A DNA stretch of 64,000 nt from an uncultured Pseudomonadota bacterium (GTDB taxonomy: Bacteria > Babelota > Babeliae > Babelales > RVW-14), in the NCBI GenBank assembly GCA_964534555.1, contig CAZHRK010000003.1:1-64000 (forward strand), given 5' to 3'. Every line of letters starts with the position of its first letter. Positions within the stretch are counted from its first letter, which is position 1. The notes beneath the pieces were generated by a model. The model was given only the letters and a program-made list of their open reading frames with translations, made no database searches and was not told the DNA's origin. The translations under genes were made by a program, and so were the position numbers. Below are positions 38,801-47,373 of the stretch, one piece after another.

Positions 38801-40822
38801 GTTTCCAAGGTCAATAATTTCAAACGCTACAGCAGAAAGATCCGATGGATCAAGAGCGCTGCCATCAGCATTTGTGGTAACTGCTATCGTAAGGTCACGC
38901 ATTTCTGTGCGCCCCGGAATAACTTTTTTAGTAATTCCCGCGCTGGTAGCAATTGTTGATAGCCATTGCTCTGATTTGTTCCAGCCTTTACCGTTCCAGG
39001 TGTAGAGCATTTGTTCTGCTGTATCGATCATATAAACCATCTCGTTGTTGCGAACCGAGATTTGTTTGATCTGTGGATTGCCTGCTGGAGCATCAACAAC
39101 AGCCCAGCTCTTAGCGTCGTAGTCATAGCGCCAGACACGGTTTTTATCATCAACTGCCCATACAGCGAGCTCTTCTGATGCAGACATAGTCACAATTTTT
39201 GCGCCTTGTGGCGATTGTGCTTTCCAGCTTTCACCGTTGTAGCTATAAATCGCGCCATCAACACCAAGGCCCCACATTTCACGGGGTGATATAATTGAAA
39301 TCTCTTTAAAACCAGGGCCTTTATCAAGCGGTGCCCAGCTATTATTTTGTCTCAAATAAGGCACGCCATCATTATCGAGCGTTACTGTTTGCCCCGCGCT
39401 GTTGACATCGACGTATTTAAATTTGAATGAAGATGGAATTTGCGTCCAGGTGCCGTTTTCAAATTTAAAGAGGCTTCCTTCCTGCGCTATTGCGTAAGCA
39501 ATTTCAGCCGATTGGAGCGCGAGTGATTGGAAGTAAATAAATGGCTCTTCATCAAGTACAGGATAGCTATTAAGCGTTGCAAGTGATCCTTCATCAGCGC
39601 CCGCACGAACGCTTAAAATACCGTTTTCGTTTAATAGTTTAAAAACCTGTTTAATGCTCATCTCATGACGAATTCTTATTTGTCCGTCGTCATCGGCAGT
39701 CCACCAGCCAAACTTGTTTGCTGTTCTGTCCCAATAATCACGACGTGCTGCGCCCCAGTTCCATGAGCTGTCTTGGCCATCATCTCTAAGGCTTTGAAGT
39801 GAAAAATCTGTGCAGTAGCGGAGCGGTTGGTTTGCAGGTGTTTTATTTATATCTTCATTATTCCATGTTGTTCTGAGCCATAGGCGCATTAATGTTCTGC
39901 CATCACCATTATTTGCAGGTTCTCTGTAACAAATAATATCCGCGTCGTTTTCACGAAATACAAAAAAGTTATTAAGGCCAGCATTTCTAAAATTAATATC
40001 ATGCCTGCTCAGCACTGCTTGTCCGTTTGTTTCGCTCTTGCCACCAAAAGTTACTGTATATTGAGCGTTTGGAGCGATATTACGAGCAATATCACCTTTA
40101 AGCGGTCTGTCATCACCATCATGGCGGTAGAATCGTTTTCTTCTTTGTGAGTAAATCGTTACTTTGTCACCGTATTTTACTTGCGGTTTATACACACCCC
40201 AAAGTGATGGTGAACGCAGAATTTGTTCGGTATCTTTTTCTACTTTAACCTCGACAGTCCCTTGATAAGGCATTAATACACCGCTCAAGCGATTTTTGAG
40301 ATGGCATTTGCCCAGATCTGAGCCAAGCAGTTCCCAGTGGGCGGCTTTGTCTTCATCATCGTCAAATGCTGTTGATGGGAAGCCTACAGGAGAGCGATTG
40401 CCTGGTGCGTACTGGCATGTAAGATCTTTTGTTATCGTGCTCTCAATCCCAATCCAATCTCTAAGTGGTGGTGATGAGAGCTTTCTTACGATGGTGAACT
40501 CTGTGGCTTTGTCGCTCGCATCGTTTGCATCAGCAACAAAGATCCATTTTTTATCGGCGTTTAACCTTGCTGCATAGTACTTTCCGCTTGCAATATGGCG
40601 TATGCGTACTGTTGTTCCATAAGGAAGGCTGTCATGTAATGTTTTTTCAAATGCGATTGATGCCGGATAAGGTGAGCCGTTTCTAATTCTATCAAGTACT
40701 GCATAACCAAATTTAGGCAGCTCAGCAAGAATGTCGGGAGTTTGAGTTGCGAATTTATTATTACTTTGCGGTATGAGCAAAAACGCTACACACCACAATA
40801 GCTTGAAGATATAATTTTTCAT
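35867..40822 (-). CDS. giant (~1650 aa) secreted protein with tectonin/tachylectin-type beta-propeller repeats, a duplicated ~130-aa domain and a histone-H1-like Lys/Ala/Pro tail
   Basis: Start MKNYIFKLLWCVAFLLIPQS (signal). W-x-G...VWGVN-like repeats (WAPLDKGPGFKEISII..MWGLGVDGAIYSY, WKAQSPQGAKIVTMSA..VWAVDDKNRVWRY, WAVVDAPAGNPQIKQISV..VYMIDTAEQMLYTW). Internal repeat ...FTPYWVTYDNGLILVGMG.. / ..ITPWVSYNNGRFIIGYG... C-terminal AAPKAAVPDESDEKPAPAKEAAEDKAPAASAAEKRSEAEAPAKTVVKTAPKKATKGAPAAKKAASKKAAKKK. Confidence 0.7.
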   Translation of the reverse strand: MKNYIFKLLWCVAFLLIPQSNNKFATQTPDILAELPKFGYAVLDRIRNGSPYPASIAFEKTLHDSLPYGTTVRIRHIASGKYYAARLNADKKWIFVADANDASDKATEFTIVRKLSSPPLRDWIGIESTITKDLTCQYAPGNRSPVGFPSTAFDDDEDKAAHWELLGSDLGKCHLKNRLSGVLMPYQGTVEVKVEKDTEQILRSPSLWGVYKPQVKYGDKVTIYSQRRKRFYRHDGDDRPLKGDIARNIAPNAQYTVTFGGKSETNGQAVLSRHDINFRNAGLNNFFVFRENDADIICYREPANNGDGRTLMRLWLRTTWNNEDINKTPANQPLRYCTDFSLQSLRDDGQDSSWNWGAARRDYWDRTANKFGWWTADDDGQIRIRHEMSIKQVFKLLNENGILSVRAGADEGSLATLNSYPVLDEEPFIYFQSLALQSAEIAYAIAQEGSLFKFENGTWTQIPSSFKFKYVDVNSAGQTVTLDNDGVPYLRQNNSWAPLDKGPGFKEISIISPREMWGLGVDGAIYSYNGESWKAQSPQGAKIVTMSASEELAVWAVDDKNRVWRYDYDAKSWAVVDAPAGNPQIKQISVRNNEMVYMIDTAEQMLYTWNGKGWNKSEQWLSTIATSAGITKKVIPGRTEMRDLTIAVTTNADGSALDPSDLSAVAFEIIDLGNGGNVPPQDSVDFEIPVRQRPTVSGSAQTSIKLEKGASLKLQPLLGKGAAWLNESFPVNNRCTVGFVAKADDQGDIQVVLGHEVNNTFDYKVVIGGAKNTQASIIQRTIQNNEPVDDVVCVIDVKENPLAAVSPGNFTPYWVTYDNGLILVGMGLPGENVFMAYRTDDPMPLVNRIGFASNKTLVEFAEIQIYGPIVTRPQDRIYYEGTETLTVPAGGSAALWTKTPLRIADQGSLGFTLKASGKTSLILAQGQDLTKPHYKITFGDDDFKKIVIYKFIKGAYVQRGSCDVVEIDGLYLSKDSEITPWVSYNNGRFIIGYGNIGNDTSFVYQDVNPLTDIREVGFTTDAPDALIKEVEIADAVQLILERSTQYARKTATSDSNIYEGDITIILPFSYRVSQVNESVKFDDMVNNTTFYAGATPQQGALYYFTLTVMPDGAPKLDWTKAPENPQEIKIKQMIVQAAASAELERQKADIMRADGERLKELARAQGDVSRAQGDSLLKIADTTATVGAKVGGALAMSDNIIIAGVGAGFAAASGTAAIITAGMSSQAYVAAAQRDLSGAESAAAAQQRALELETAAAQAKFNANIIAGQAKFAFKSHDSYVFVDAPERIPLGEAMVPEDARNNRKTAEATLRATSSLQPTTPENFERLVVMTQDVIYLLTHSYVVSDFVAQKINDIIELLITSYPTLYDSATPNPRVINSMLNLLLSAINNSFLIPAGSDQREVVYVWANKMAHQILRTSSSLRIDKCYGEYIWLPVTSDTTNELSLSFEVEGLKDAMVCFADDSSMVRNSGKELYELHFGAFDNSCLAMRLQSLGKAFKSVTKKAFASGVLNAFQPTKITITLRSGTITIQAANGTTLTWTDPYPIEGISWIGLSCWETPVTFRNITLNNRLLSGKKVAAPKAAVPDESDEKPAPAKEAAEDKAPAASAAEKRSEAEAPAKTVVKTAPKKATKGAPAAKKAASKKAAKKK

Positions 40823-40947
40823 AAGAAAGCCTTTATGGATCAGGAGCTTTGATTGATTAATTTGTCTCAATGTAAGAACCTGCTGCACTGTAAATCAAGA
40901 ATATGGTATGCTCATGGCCTAAAGTTTAGTAGGGCCTCTTAGGTAAG

Positions 40948-42000
40948 GTGCAGGCAGATATGGAGCTTTTATCACCAGTTGAGCTTTTGAGTCTTCAAGA
41001 GATGCAGGAAGACAAACAAATTACGTTTGAGCCAATGTCTTTTGATGAATATCTTGGGCAGCGAATCATTAAAGAAAAGCTTAAGCTCTACACTCAAGCT
41101 GCAAAAATGCGTCAAGAGCCAATGGACCATTTGTTGTTTTTTGGTCCGCCAGGGCTAGGCAAAACAACACTTGCTCGTGTAATGGCAAAAGAGCTTGGTG
41201 TTGGTATTAAGGTAACAAGTGCACCTATTCTTGAGCGCACCGGTGATTTAGTCGCAATTTTATCTGGGGTTGGTCCATCTGAGATTTTGTTTATCGATGA
41301 AATCCATCGTCTCCCAAAAAACGTTGAAGAAATTTTATACAGCGCAATGGAAAACTTTTGCGTCGATGTCATTATTGGTCAGGGGGCTGGCGCTAAATCG
41401 ATCAGATTGCCGCTTAATCGTTTTACTCTAATCGGTGCGACAACAAAGACATCTCTTGTTTCTGCTCCGTTGCAAACGCGATTTGGTATTGTTGAACGGC
41501 TTGATTTTTATGAGCCTGAAGAGCTGCGTGATATCGTGCTTCAGAATGCTCAGTTTCTTGGGCTTGCAATGTTGCCAGAAGCAGCCTTAGCCGTAGGTAG
41601 TCGTGCACGAGGAACACCTCGAATTGTAAAAAGAATTTTGCGTCGAGTTCGTGATTTTGCTCAGGTTAATAACCATTCGCTTGTTGATATGGATGTTGTA
41701 AATCAAGCCTTAGGCTTTTTGGGCATCGATGAAGATGGTCTTAATAAACTAGACCGTGAGCTTTTGAGCTTTATTTTGCGTGAGTTTGATGGCGGCCCTG
41801 CGGGTGTTGAAACGCTAGCAGCATTAACGGGTGAGGACAGAGAGACGCTTGAAGATGTTGTTGAGCCTTATTTGCTCCGCATGGGATTATTACAGAAATC
41901 ACCTCGTGGTCGCATGATCCCGCCTAAGAAAATTCCTTTGCTCAAGAAGAAGTTATTGGGAATTCAGGTTGAAAATGCGCAGAGTTTGCTTTTTGACTGA
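40948..42000 (+). CDS. ruvB: Holliday junction branch migration ATPase RuvB
   Basis: EYLGQ, Walker A FFGPPGLGKTTLA, Walker B ILFIDEIHRL, sensor and winged-helix regions; upstream start ambiguity. Confidence 0.85.
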   Translation: MQADMELLSPVELLSLQEMQEDKQITFEPMSFDEYLGQRIIKEKLKLYTQAAKMRQEPMDHLLFFGPPGLGKTTLARVMAKELGVGIKVTSAPILERTGDLVAILSGVGPSEILFIDEIHRLPKNVEEILYSAMENFCVDVIIGQGAGAKSIRLPLNRFTLIGATTKTSLVSAPLQTRFGIVERLDFYEPEELRDIVLQNAQFLGLAMLPEAALAVGSRARGTPRIVKRILRRVRDFAQVNNHSLVDMDVVNQALGFLGIDEDGLNKLDRELLSFILREFDGGPAGVETLAALTGEDRETLEDVVEPYLLRMGLLQKSPRGRMIPPKKIPLLKKKLLGIQVENAQSLLFD

Positions 42001-42299
42001 TGCTTTGCCATACTAAACGAAGTTTTATTATCACAATAACGCGCAAGGAGTACCCATGAACTCATTCAAAAATCATGGCCCTTGCTTGAAGCTCAATCCA
42101 AGCAACGGTCAGTCAGTACTAATAAACATTTCTAAGCGTGCAGTCTCTATGATTGTATCTCTTGTGAGTGTGGTGTCTGCTCATGCGTATTGCCGTTGTA
42201 TTAGTCATCATACGCAGGCCTGGCGGCTTATAGCTTCATAACCTCGCGTCTTCCTTCTGTTTTATATTTTGCTAACCCCTAAAAATTAAGGGGAATCTC

Positions 42300-43439
42300 A
42301 TGACTATTCGACTCGTTATGTCGACGGGCTTTGCCTTGTTTGCAATGCTTTTTGGTGCTGGAAATATTATTTTCCCACTCGTTCTTGGCGCTCATTCAGG
42401 AGATAAAGTTCTGTATGCGCTTGCTGGTTTTGCTATATCTGGACTTTGTATTCCGCTTATTGGTGTGATCGCTGCTCTTATGTATCAAGGCGATTATGAA
42501 AAACTTCTTAGCCATCTCGGTCGAGTGCCGAGCTCCGCGCTTATTGCGCTCTGCATGATGTTGATTGGACCTTTTGGGTGCATACCTCGTTGTATGTCCA
42601 TAGCTCACAGTGCTGTAAGCTGGCACATTCCTTCCCTACCGCTCCTTTTATTTAGTGCACTTGCTGCCGGCGTTGTGTATGTTTGCGCTGCCCAGCGCGG
42701 CGCGCTTGTAAATGTTTTGGGGAGTGTTTTGGGCCCTATAAAACTTACACTCTTGCTTGGGCTTGTTGTTATTGGTGGTGTGAATGCTGGTAAGATGCCC
42801 GCAGTTGATCTTGCAAAAAGCACGCTTTTTCTGCAGGGGCTATTTGATGGTTATGGCACCATGGATCTGCTCGGAGCGCTTTTCTTTGCAGGGATCTTAG
42901 CACGAGGCCTGAAAGGTAAATACCAACAAATATCACGACGCGACTTTATGCTTATGACTGTGGTGATAGGGGTTATCGGTATTGTGCTTTTGGGTATTGT
43001 CTATGGCGGCTTCTTTTTTGTTTCTGCAGCTTATGCGGGGCAACTTGTTCACCTTGAGCGAGGGCAGCTGTTGTCTGGCCTTGCCACGCTTGTCCTTGGG
43101 CAGTATGGTGGAATGGTGGCAAATATAACCATTAGCCTTAGCTGCTTAACAACAGCAATAGCGCTGACATCAGTTTTTTCTGACTATATTCGCGGGTTAA
43201 GCGGCAACAGACTTTCGTATAAAACCTGTGTTGCAGGGACTGTGTTGATTGCAACATGTATGACAACGCTGGGCTTTCAAAAAATTATGGAGCTCATTTA
43301 TCCTTTGATTGGCATGTGTTATCCAATCCTGCTTATTGTTGCGTGTGCTGGGCTTTTACATAAAGTTATTGGTGTAGTTGTTCCCCGCCACTCAATGTAT
43401 GCAGCATTTATGCTTTTAATGCTTATGAAATTGTTTTAA
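42300..43439 (+). CDS. brnQ: branched-chain amino acid transport system II carrier (LIVCS family)
   Basis: N-terminal GFALFAMLFGAGNIIFPLVLG hallmark, 12 TM. Confidence 0.8.
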   Translation: MTIRLVMSTGFALFAMLFGAGNIIFPLVLGAHSGDKVLYALAGFAISGLCIPLIGVIAALMYQGDYEKLLSHLGRVPSSALIALCMMLIGPFGCIPRCMSIAHSAVSWHIPSLPLLLFSALAAGVVYVCAAQRGALVNVLGSVLGPIKLTLLLGLVVIGGVNAGKMPAVDLAKSTLFLQGLFDGYGTMDLLGALFFAGILARGLKGKYQQISRRDFMLMTVVIGVIGIVLLGIVYGGFFFVSAAYAGQLVHLERGQLLSGLATLVLGQYGGMVANITISLSCLTTAIALTSVFSDYIRGLSGNRLSYKTCVAGTVLIATCMTTLGFQKIMELIYPLIGMCYPILLIVACAGLLHKVIGVVVPRHSMYAAFMLLMLMKLF

Positions 43440-43446
43440 TCAAAAA

Positions 43447-43476
43447 ATACCCCCAAGCAAATCAGCTTGGGGGTAT
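43447..43476. terminator. bidirectional terminator (12-bp stem)
   Basis: atacccccaagc-aaatca-gcttgggggtattttt between brnQ stop 43439 and minus-strand RING gene stop 43479. Confidence 0.55.
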
Positions 43477-43478
43477 TT

Positions 43479-43871
43479 TTATGCTATAAAGTTTTCTACG
43501 ACGGCGTAGGCAAGTGCTAAAATTATCAGTGCGGCCTCTTTCTTAAATGGTGGCCTTTTTTCTTTATAAAGCCGCCTGCGCTCAATCGTTTCTGTATACT
43601 GCCTGCACAAAGGACATTCATTCTTTCCTGATGCAGTAATCCATGCAGATAGGCATTCAGGGTGAATTATGTGGTGGCATTCGGTCATGTTTTCATCTAT
43701 CTCTTCAGCTGGTTCTAGACAAACGCAGCATCTATTTTCGTTTTCAAGGGATTGTTGACTAGCAGGGTGAATTGGCTGTGTTGTAAAGTTGACTGTAAAA
43801 AGTGATAGTGCAAAAAGAATTATAAGCATTTCGCTTTCGAAGGGGTATAAACTGACCGATATGATAAACAA
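43479..43871 (-). CDS. membrane-anchored/secreted RING-H2 zinc-finger protein (eukaryotic E3-ligase-like)
   Basis: CCVCLEPAEEIDENMTECHHIIHPECLSAWITASGKNECPLCRQ = C-x2-C-x14-C-x1-H-x2-H-x2-C-x14-C-x2-C. N-terminal hydrophobic segment; start may be TTG at 43871 or ATG at 43829. Confidence 0.7.
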   Translation of the reverse strand: MFIISVSLYPFESEMLIILFALSLFTVNFTTQPIHPASQQSLENENRCCVCLEPAEEIDENMTECHHIIHPECLSAWITASGKNECPLCRQYTETIERRRLYKEKRPPFKKEAALIILALAYAVVENFIA

Positions 43872-43970
43872 GGGCCGTAATTATATCAGTCTGATTGATC
43901 TCTTGCAATCATAAAGTAGCCCTGAATCAATATTTAGGACTACTTTATGACTATTGTCGACAGTTTAAAT

Positions 43971-45425
43971 TTAATTGATTTGTGATAATGCGAGTGTTAA
44001 AGCTTTTGCTATAGCATCTGTATTATGTGTGACAGCGTTTTCGATTGATTTATACAAGTCAAAAAACTCTTTGCCGGTATAGCTAAATTTACTTGTTGGG
44101 AAATCAAGCTTGTTCGGGACGTGGATAATAATTGGGGTCTGCTTATCTGTCGGGTCTGCCCAGATAGAGAGAGGTTTTTCAGCAAGCTGAGCATAGTCGA
44201 TTTTCGGGAATTTATAGCCGTGTGCTCGTGCCCAATTTTCAACTTCACGCATGTCAGTACCGAGTGCTGAATTTGCATCAGTCCCCGCGTCACAAACAAA
44301 ATAAATCTTTACGCCGCGTCTGAGCAGGGGAGGGAATGGAATATTTGTTGCCATACCAGCATCAACAAACGTTAGTTTTCCTGCTTTTCCTAGTGGGGCC
44401 TGCAGTCCATGAACAAAATTAGGTATTTCAGGCGCGCTTATCCGTGCATTATTTCCCCAAAACCAATTAAACCAGCTTGATGAAATATCGATGTTGTGGG
44501 AGACCTGGAGTCCTTCTTTTATAAACTGCAGTGCGTCTATGACGCTTCCTGCGTATGCAGAGCCAAATATTCCCATCATAAATGCAAGGTTTTCCCCGGG
44601 TGAGGTATCTTGTGTGATTCCATTTTTAAATGTTTTGCCGAAAAGTTGTGGTTGAATCCAGCCTTTAAAATAGGTGCTCCCGATCTCAAATGGTGAGTAT
44701 TCAACCCATTGGTAATCTGGATTTGTTTGACCAATAATTGAGGTGAAAAGTGGTACAGGGTAGTCGCCAGATAGCGTATGGGGTGCTAGGTCCTCAAGAT
44801 TGAGATCAAGCCCATGATTAGTTGGGCTTGATAGGAAAACATTACCTATCAGGTTGCCCCATAAATCATTCAGCCCAATTGATTTGCCCTGCCATGCTTT
44901 GCTCGCTATTTTTCTTGAGATCGCTTTTTCATCAATATTTTTTAAGCTAAAAGCTTCGTAAAGTTTGCTTTGTAAGCGTGAAGTAAGTGCAATTGGAGAA
45001 ACTTTATGTGTGTACCATGATGCGGTTGTCCAGGTTGATCCTGATAGGCTTGCAATATATGTCACAGCATCAAGGAGTCCAATCCGCTCAAGGCCTCTTA
45101 AGAGCCCGAGTGTTGCAATTGCAGCGCGAAACCCCCCACCACTTGCAGCTACAGCGATCATAGGGATATTTTGACCAAGCGGATACGATTGCCCTAAAAG
45201 TTTTTGTAGCGCGCTTCTATTGCGGCTAAGTCTGTTTCGTAGGGCTGCAAGTTCATTTATTGAAGGAGCATCCCCCTGACGAACTTGGCCAATAATAGGA
45301 CCAGTAGTTGCTTGTTGAGAAATTCCCTTTTTTTGATAATGAATAACTTTGCTGAGGGTGTGGCTGTACGCTTGGCTTGTGCTTAAAACTATAGCCATGA
45401 GCATGATCATGCATGTTGATAGCAT
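43971..45425 (-). CDS. secreted cytosolic-PLA2-type (PLA2_B) lipase, second paralog
   Basis: Signal peptide; IAVAASGGGFRAAIATLGLLRGLERIGLLDAVTYIASLSGSTW matches cPLA2 GGGFRAM...LSGSTW catalytic block. Confidence 0.7.
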   Translation of the reverse strand: MLSTCMIMLMAIVLSTSQAYSHTLSKVIHYQKKGISQQATTGPIIGQVRQGDAPSINELAALRNRLSRNRSALQKLLGQSYPLGQNIPMIAVAASGGGFRAAIATLGLLRGLERIGLLDAVTYIASLSGSTWTTASWYTHKVSPIALTSRLQSKLYEAFSLKNIDEKAISRKIASKAWQGKSIGLNDLWGNLIGNVFLSSPTNHGLDLNLEDLAPHTLSGDYPVPLFTSIIGQTNPDYQWVEYSPFEIGSTYFKGWIQPQLFGKTFKNGITQDTSPGENLAFMMGIFGSAYAGSVIDALQFIKEGLQVSHNIDISSSWFNWFWGNNARISAPEIPNFVHGLQAPLGKAGKLTFVDAGMATNIPFPPLLRRGVKIYFVCDAGTDANSALGTDMREVENWARAHGYKFPKIDYAQLAEKPLSIWADPTDKQTPIIIHVPNKLDFPTSKFSYTGKEFFDLYKSIENAVTHNTDAIAKALTLALSQIN

Positions 45426-45612
45426 AGACTCTCCTTAGACTGTGTTTATGACACGATGAATCAAGGCATTTGTAGCCTTTTTTTATCAAAATCAACAGCC
45501 TAATACAGCACAATCCAAGCGCTAATTGCAAGAGAGGTTGCGCTTTTTTAGGTTAGGTCTATACTACCACCCCCCAAATCACTAGGTTTATTCTCATAAG
45601 GAGCGATTATTA

Positions 45613-46386
45613 GTGTATCGACTGACTGTTAGTTTTATCTTTTTAGTGTCGTTTTTTCTCCCCAATATTTTATCTCGGTCTATTACAGGTTATGAGCATC
45701 CTCTGGGCACAACGCTCAACCGTGTAGAAGAAGTTCCTGAGCATGAGGTTGTCGTTGGTCAAATGATTGATGATCTTGATGGTGACGCTGCAGATGATAT
45801 GGGTGAGAACGAATCGCTGCAAGAAGATCACCAAGAAGCTCCAGTAGATGAAATATGTCTTTTTTGTGTTAATGAAATTACAGCTCTTAATAAACTCCTT
45901 GATGAGTTTTGTATTCTGTCATGTGGGCACAGTGTCCATAAAGATTGTTTGCTCGCATTTTTTCAAGAGCATACAGATACGATTGAAGAGGGTGATGATG
46001 CATTTGAATTTGTTTGCAATGCACATGAGGGACATTCTGAAGACGTTGTGTTTGACCTGCAAGACGCTTTAGATGCTGATCTGCCTGTGATTTTATTTGG
46101 GCTTCTGCAAAATCAAAATCCAGATCTTACACCAACATCGCTTGTTGATTTGGGTGCAGACTTTTTTGAAGGCATGCCATTTTGGTTGCTTTTTATTAGC
46201 AGAATTCTTCCTAAATCAGTTGGTTATTTATATGCCAATAATATTCCATTTTTGCACCACACGTTTGATAATAAAAACCCAATTGAGTGGGCGCATGAAT
46301 TAGGCTTTGAGGGTATTGCCCAAAGGTTTTCTGTGCTGAGAGATCAAGGTCGTTGTATTCCGATACCACTTCCAGATCAGAATTAA
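45613..46386 (+). CDS. secreted RING-variant zinc-finger protein with C-terminal ankyrin-like repeat, paralog A
   Basis: GTG start with AAGGAG RBS; signal peptide; CLFCVNEITALNKLLDEFCILSCGHSVHKDC...FEFVCNAHEGH (C-x2-C-x16-C-x1-H-x2-H-x2-C...C-x2-H); C-terminal NNIPFLHHTFDNKNPIEWAHELGFEGIAQRF. Confidence 0.5.
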   Translation: MYRLTVSFIFLVSFFLPNILSRSITGYEHPLGTTLNRVEEVPEHEVVVGQMIDDLDGDAADDMGENESLQEDHQEAPVDEICLFCVNEITALNKLLDEFCILSCGHSVHKDCLLAFFQEHTDTIEEGDDAFEFVCNAHEGHSEDVVFDLQDALDADLPVILFGLLQNQNPDLTPTSLVDLGADFFEGMPFWLLFISRILPKSVGYLYANNIPFLHHTFDNKNPIEWAHELGFEGIAQRFSVLRDQGRCIPIPLPDQN

Positions 46387-46416
46387 TAGGTTTGAAGATT
46401 ATTTACGGGGTGCACT

Positions 46417-47232
46417 ATGAAGGTGTTACATTTTATAGTATTGCTTAGTGTTACTATCTTGCATGGCTTTGATCTTCAAGCGCGTGTTAGGTTGCCTTGG
46501 CCCTTGGTTCCAGGGGCAAGCGTTGCGCTGCCAAGTCATGGCGCGCCGATTGAAGGCCCGCTTGTTGATGTTCTTCTAAATCCTTTCCCATTACCAGATG
46601 AGGATGAAGCACCGGTTTCTCGATGCATGTTTTGCACAGAGTCTTTTCTTGAAGGACAGGTAAAGGTAGTTTTTGAGTGCGGTGATAGTGGACATAAAAA
46701 TTGTTTGGTTAATTTCTTCCTTGAGCATGTTCATGAGGCATCTCAGTTTTTAGCCACGTTCAACTTTGCTTGCCATCATCATGAAGAGCCACATGATTTA
46801 TTTATTGATCTTGGGACTGCTTTAGCAATTGACTCACCCGAAATATTCTTTGTTCTCCTTGCATCGTCTGAAGACGGAATGGCAATGTCAGAGCTTTTGA
46901 ATCTGAATTTCCCAGGTGATCCAAAACCGTACTGGCTTAAGATTATAGAGTCTGAGGCGCGTGCTATTTTGTCATATATTACCAGCAATAATATACCGTT
47001 TCTTCATTATGTTTATGAGGGGAAAACTCCTGTAGAATGGGCAGAAGACCTAGATCTTGAGGATTATTATCTTGCTCTTTATAACCTGCAAGCAGCGGGT
47101 CGCTGTCTTCCTGCGCCGTCATCATCATTAGGGCTTCTGGTAGGTGGCTATAGTGGTCTTTATGGCGCTATTTCGCCAGTTTCAAGCGATGATGATTCGC
47201 TTTCGATCCATTCGCTTGATACAAATATTTAG
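46417..47232 (+). CDS. secreted RING-variant zinc-finger protein, paralog B (tandem duplicate)
   Basis: Signal peptide; CMFCTESFLEGQVKVVFECGDSGHKNC...FACHHHEEPH; C-terminal NNIPFLHYVYEGKTPVEWAEDLDLEDYY aligns with paralog A. Confidence 0.5.
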   Translation: MKVLHFIVLLSVTILHGFDLQARVRLPWPLVPGASVALPSHGAPIEGPLVDVLLNPFPLPDEDEAPVSRCMFCTESFLEGQVKVVFECGDSGHKNCLVNFFLEHVHEASQFLATFNFACHHHEEPHDLFIDLGTALAIDSPEIFFVLLASSEDGMAMSELLNLNFPGDPKPYWLKIIESEARAILSYITSNNIPFLHYVYEGKTPVEWAEDLDLEDYYLALYNLQAAGRCLPAPSSSLGLLVGGYSGLYGAISPVSSDDDSLSIHSLDTNI

Positions 47233-47373
47233 TAGCAATCTCGATATTCAGTGAGCAAAATCCTTTGTTGATCTTGTGAGTCGACAAAACAAAAACTGCT
47301 TTGTAAAATTACACGGTATGATTTTAAAGAAAATAAGCGATTGCAAAGATAATTTATCATTCAGGAGTCTGCC

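Noticed and set aside
38277-39005. Multiple plus/minus small ORFs inside the 5-kb giant gene
   Set aside because: Embedded in a continuous 1673-codon ORF with repeats and signal peptide
42056-42241. 61-aa ORF upstream of brnQ
   Set aside because: No RBS, no motif support; region more likely brnQ promoter/leader
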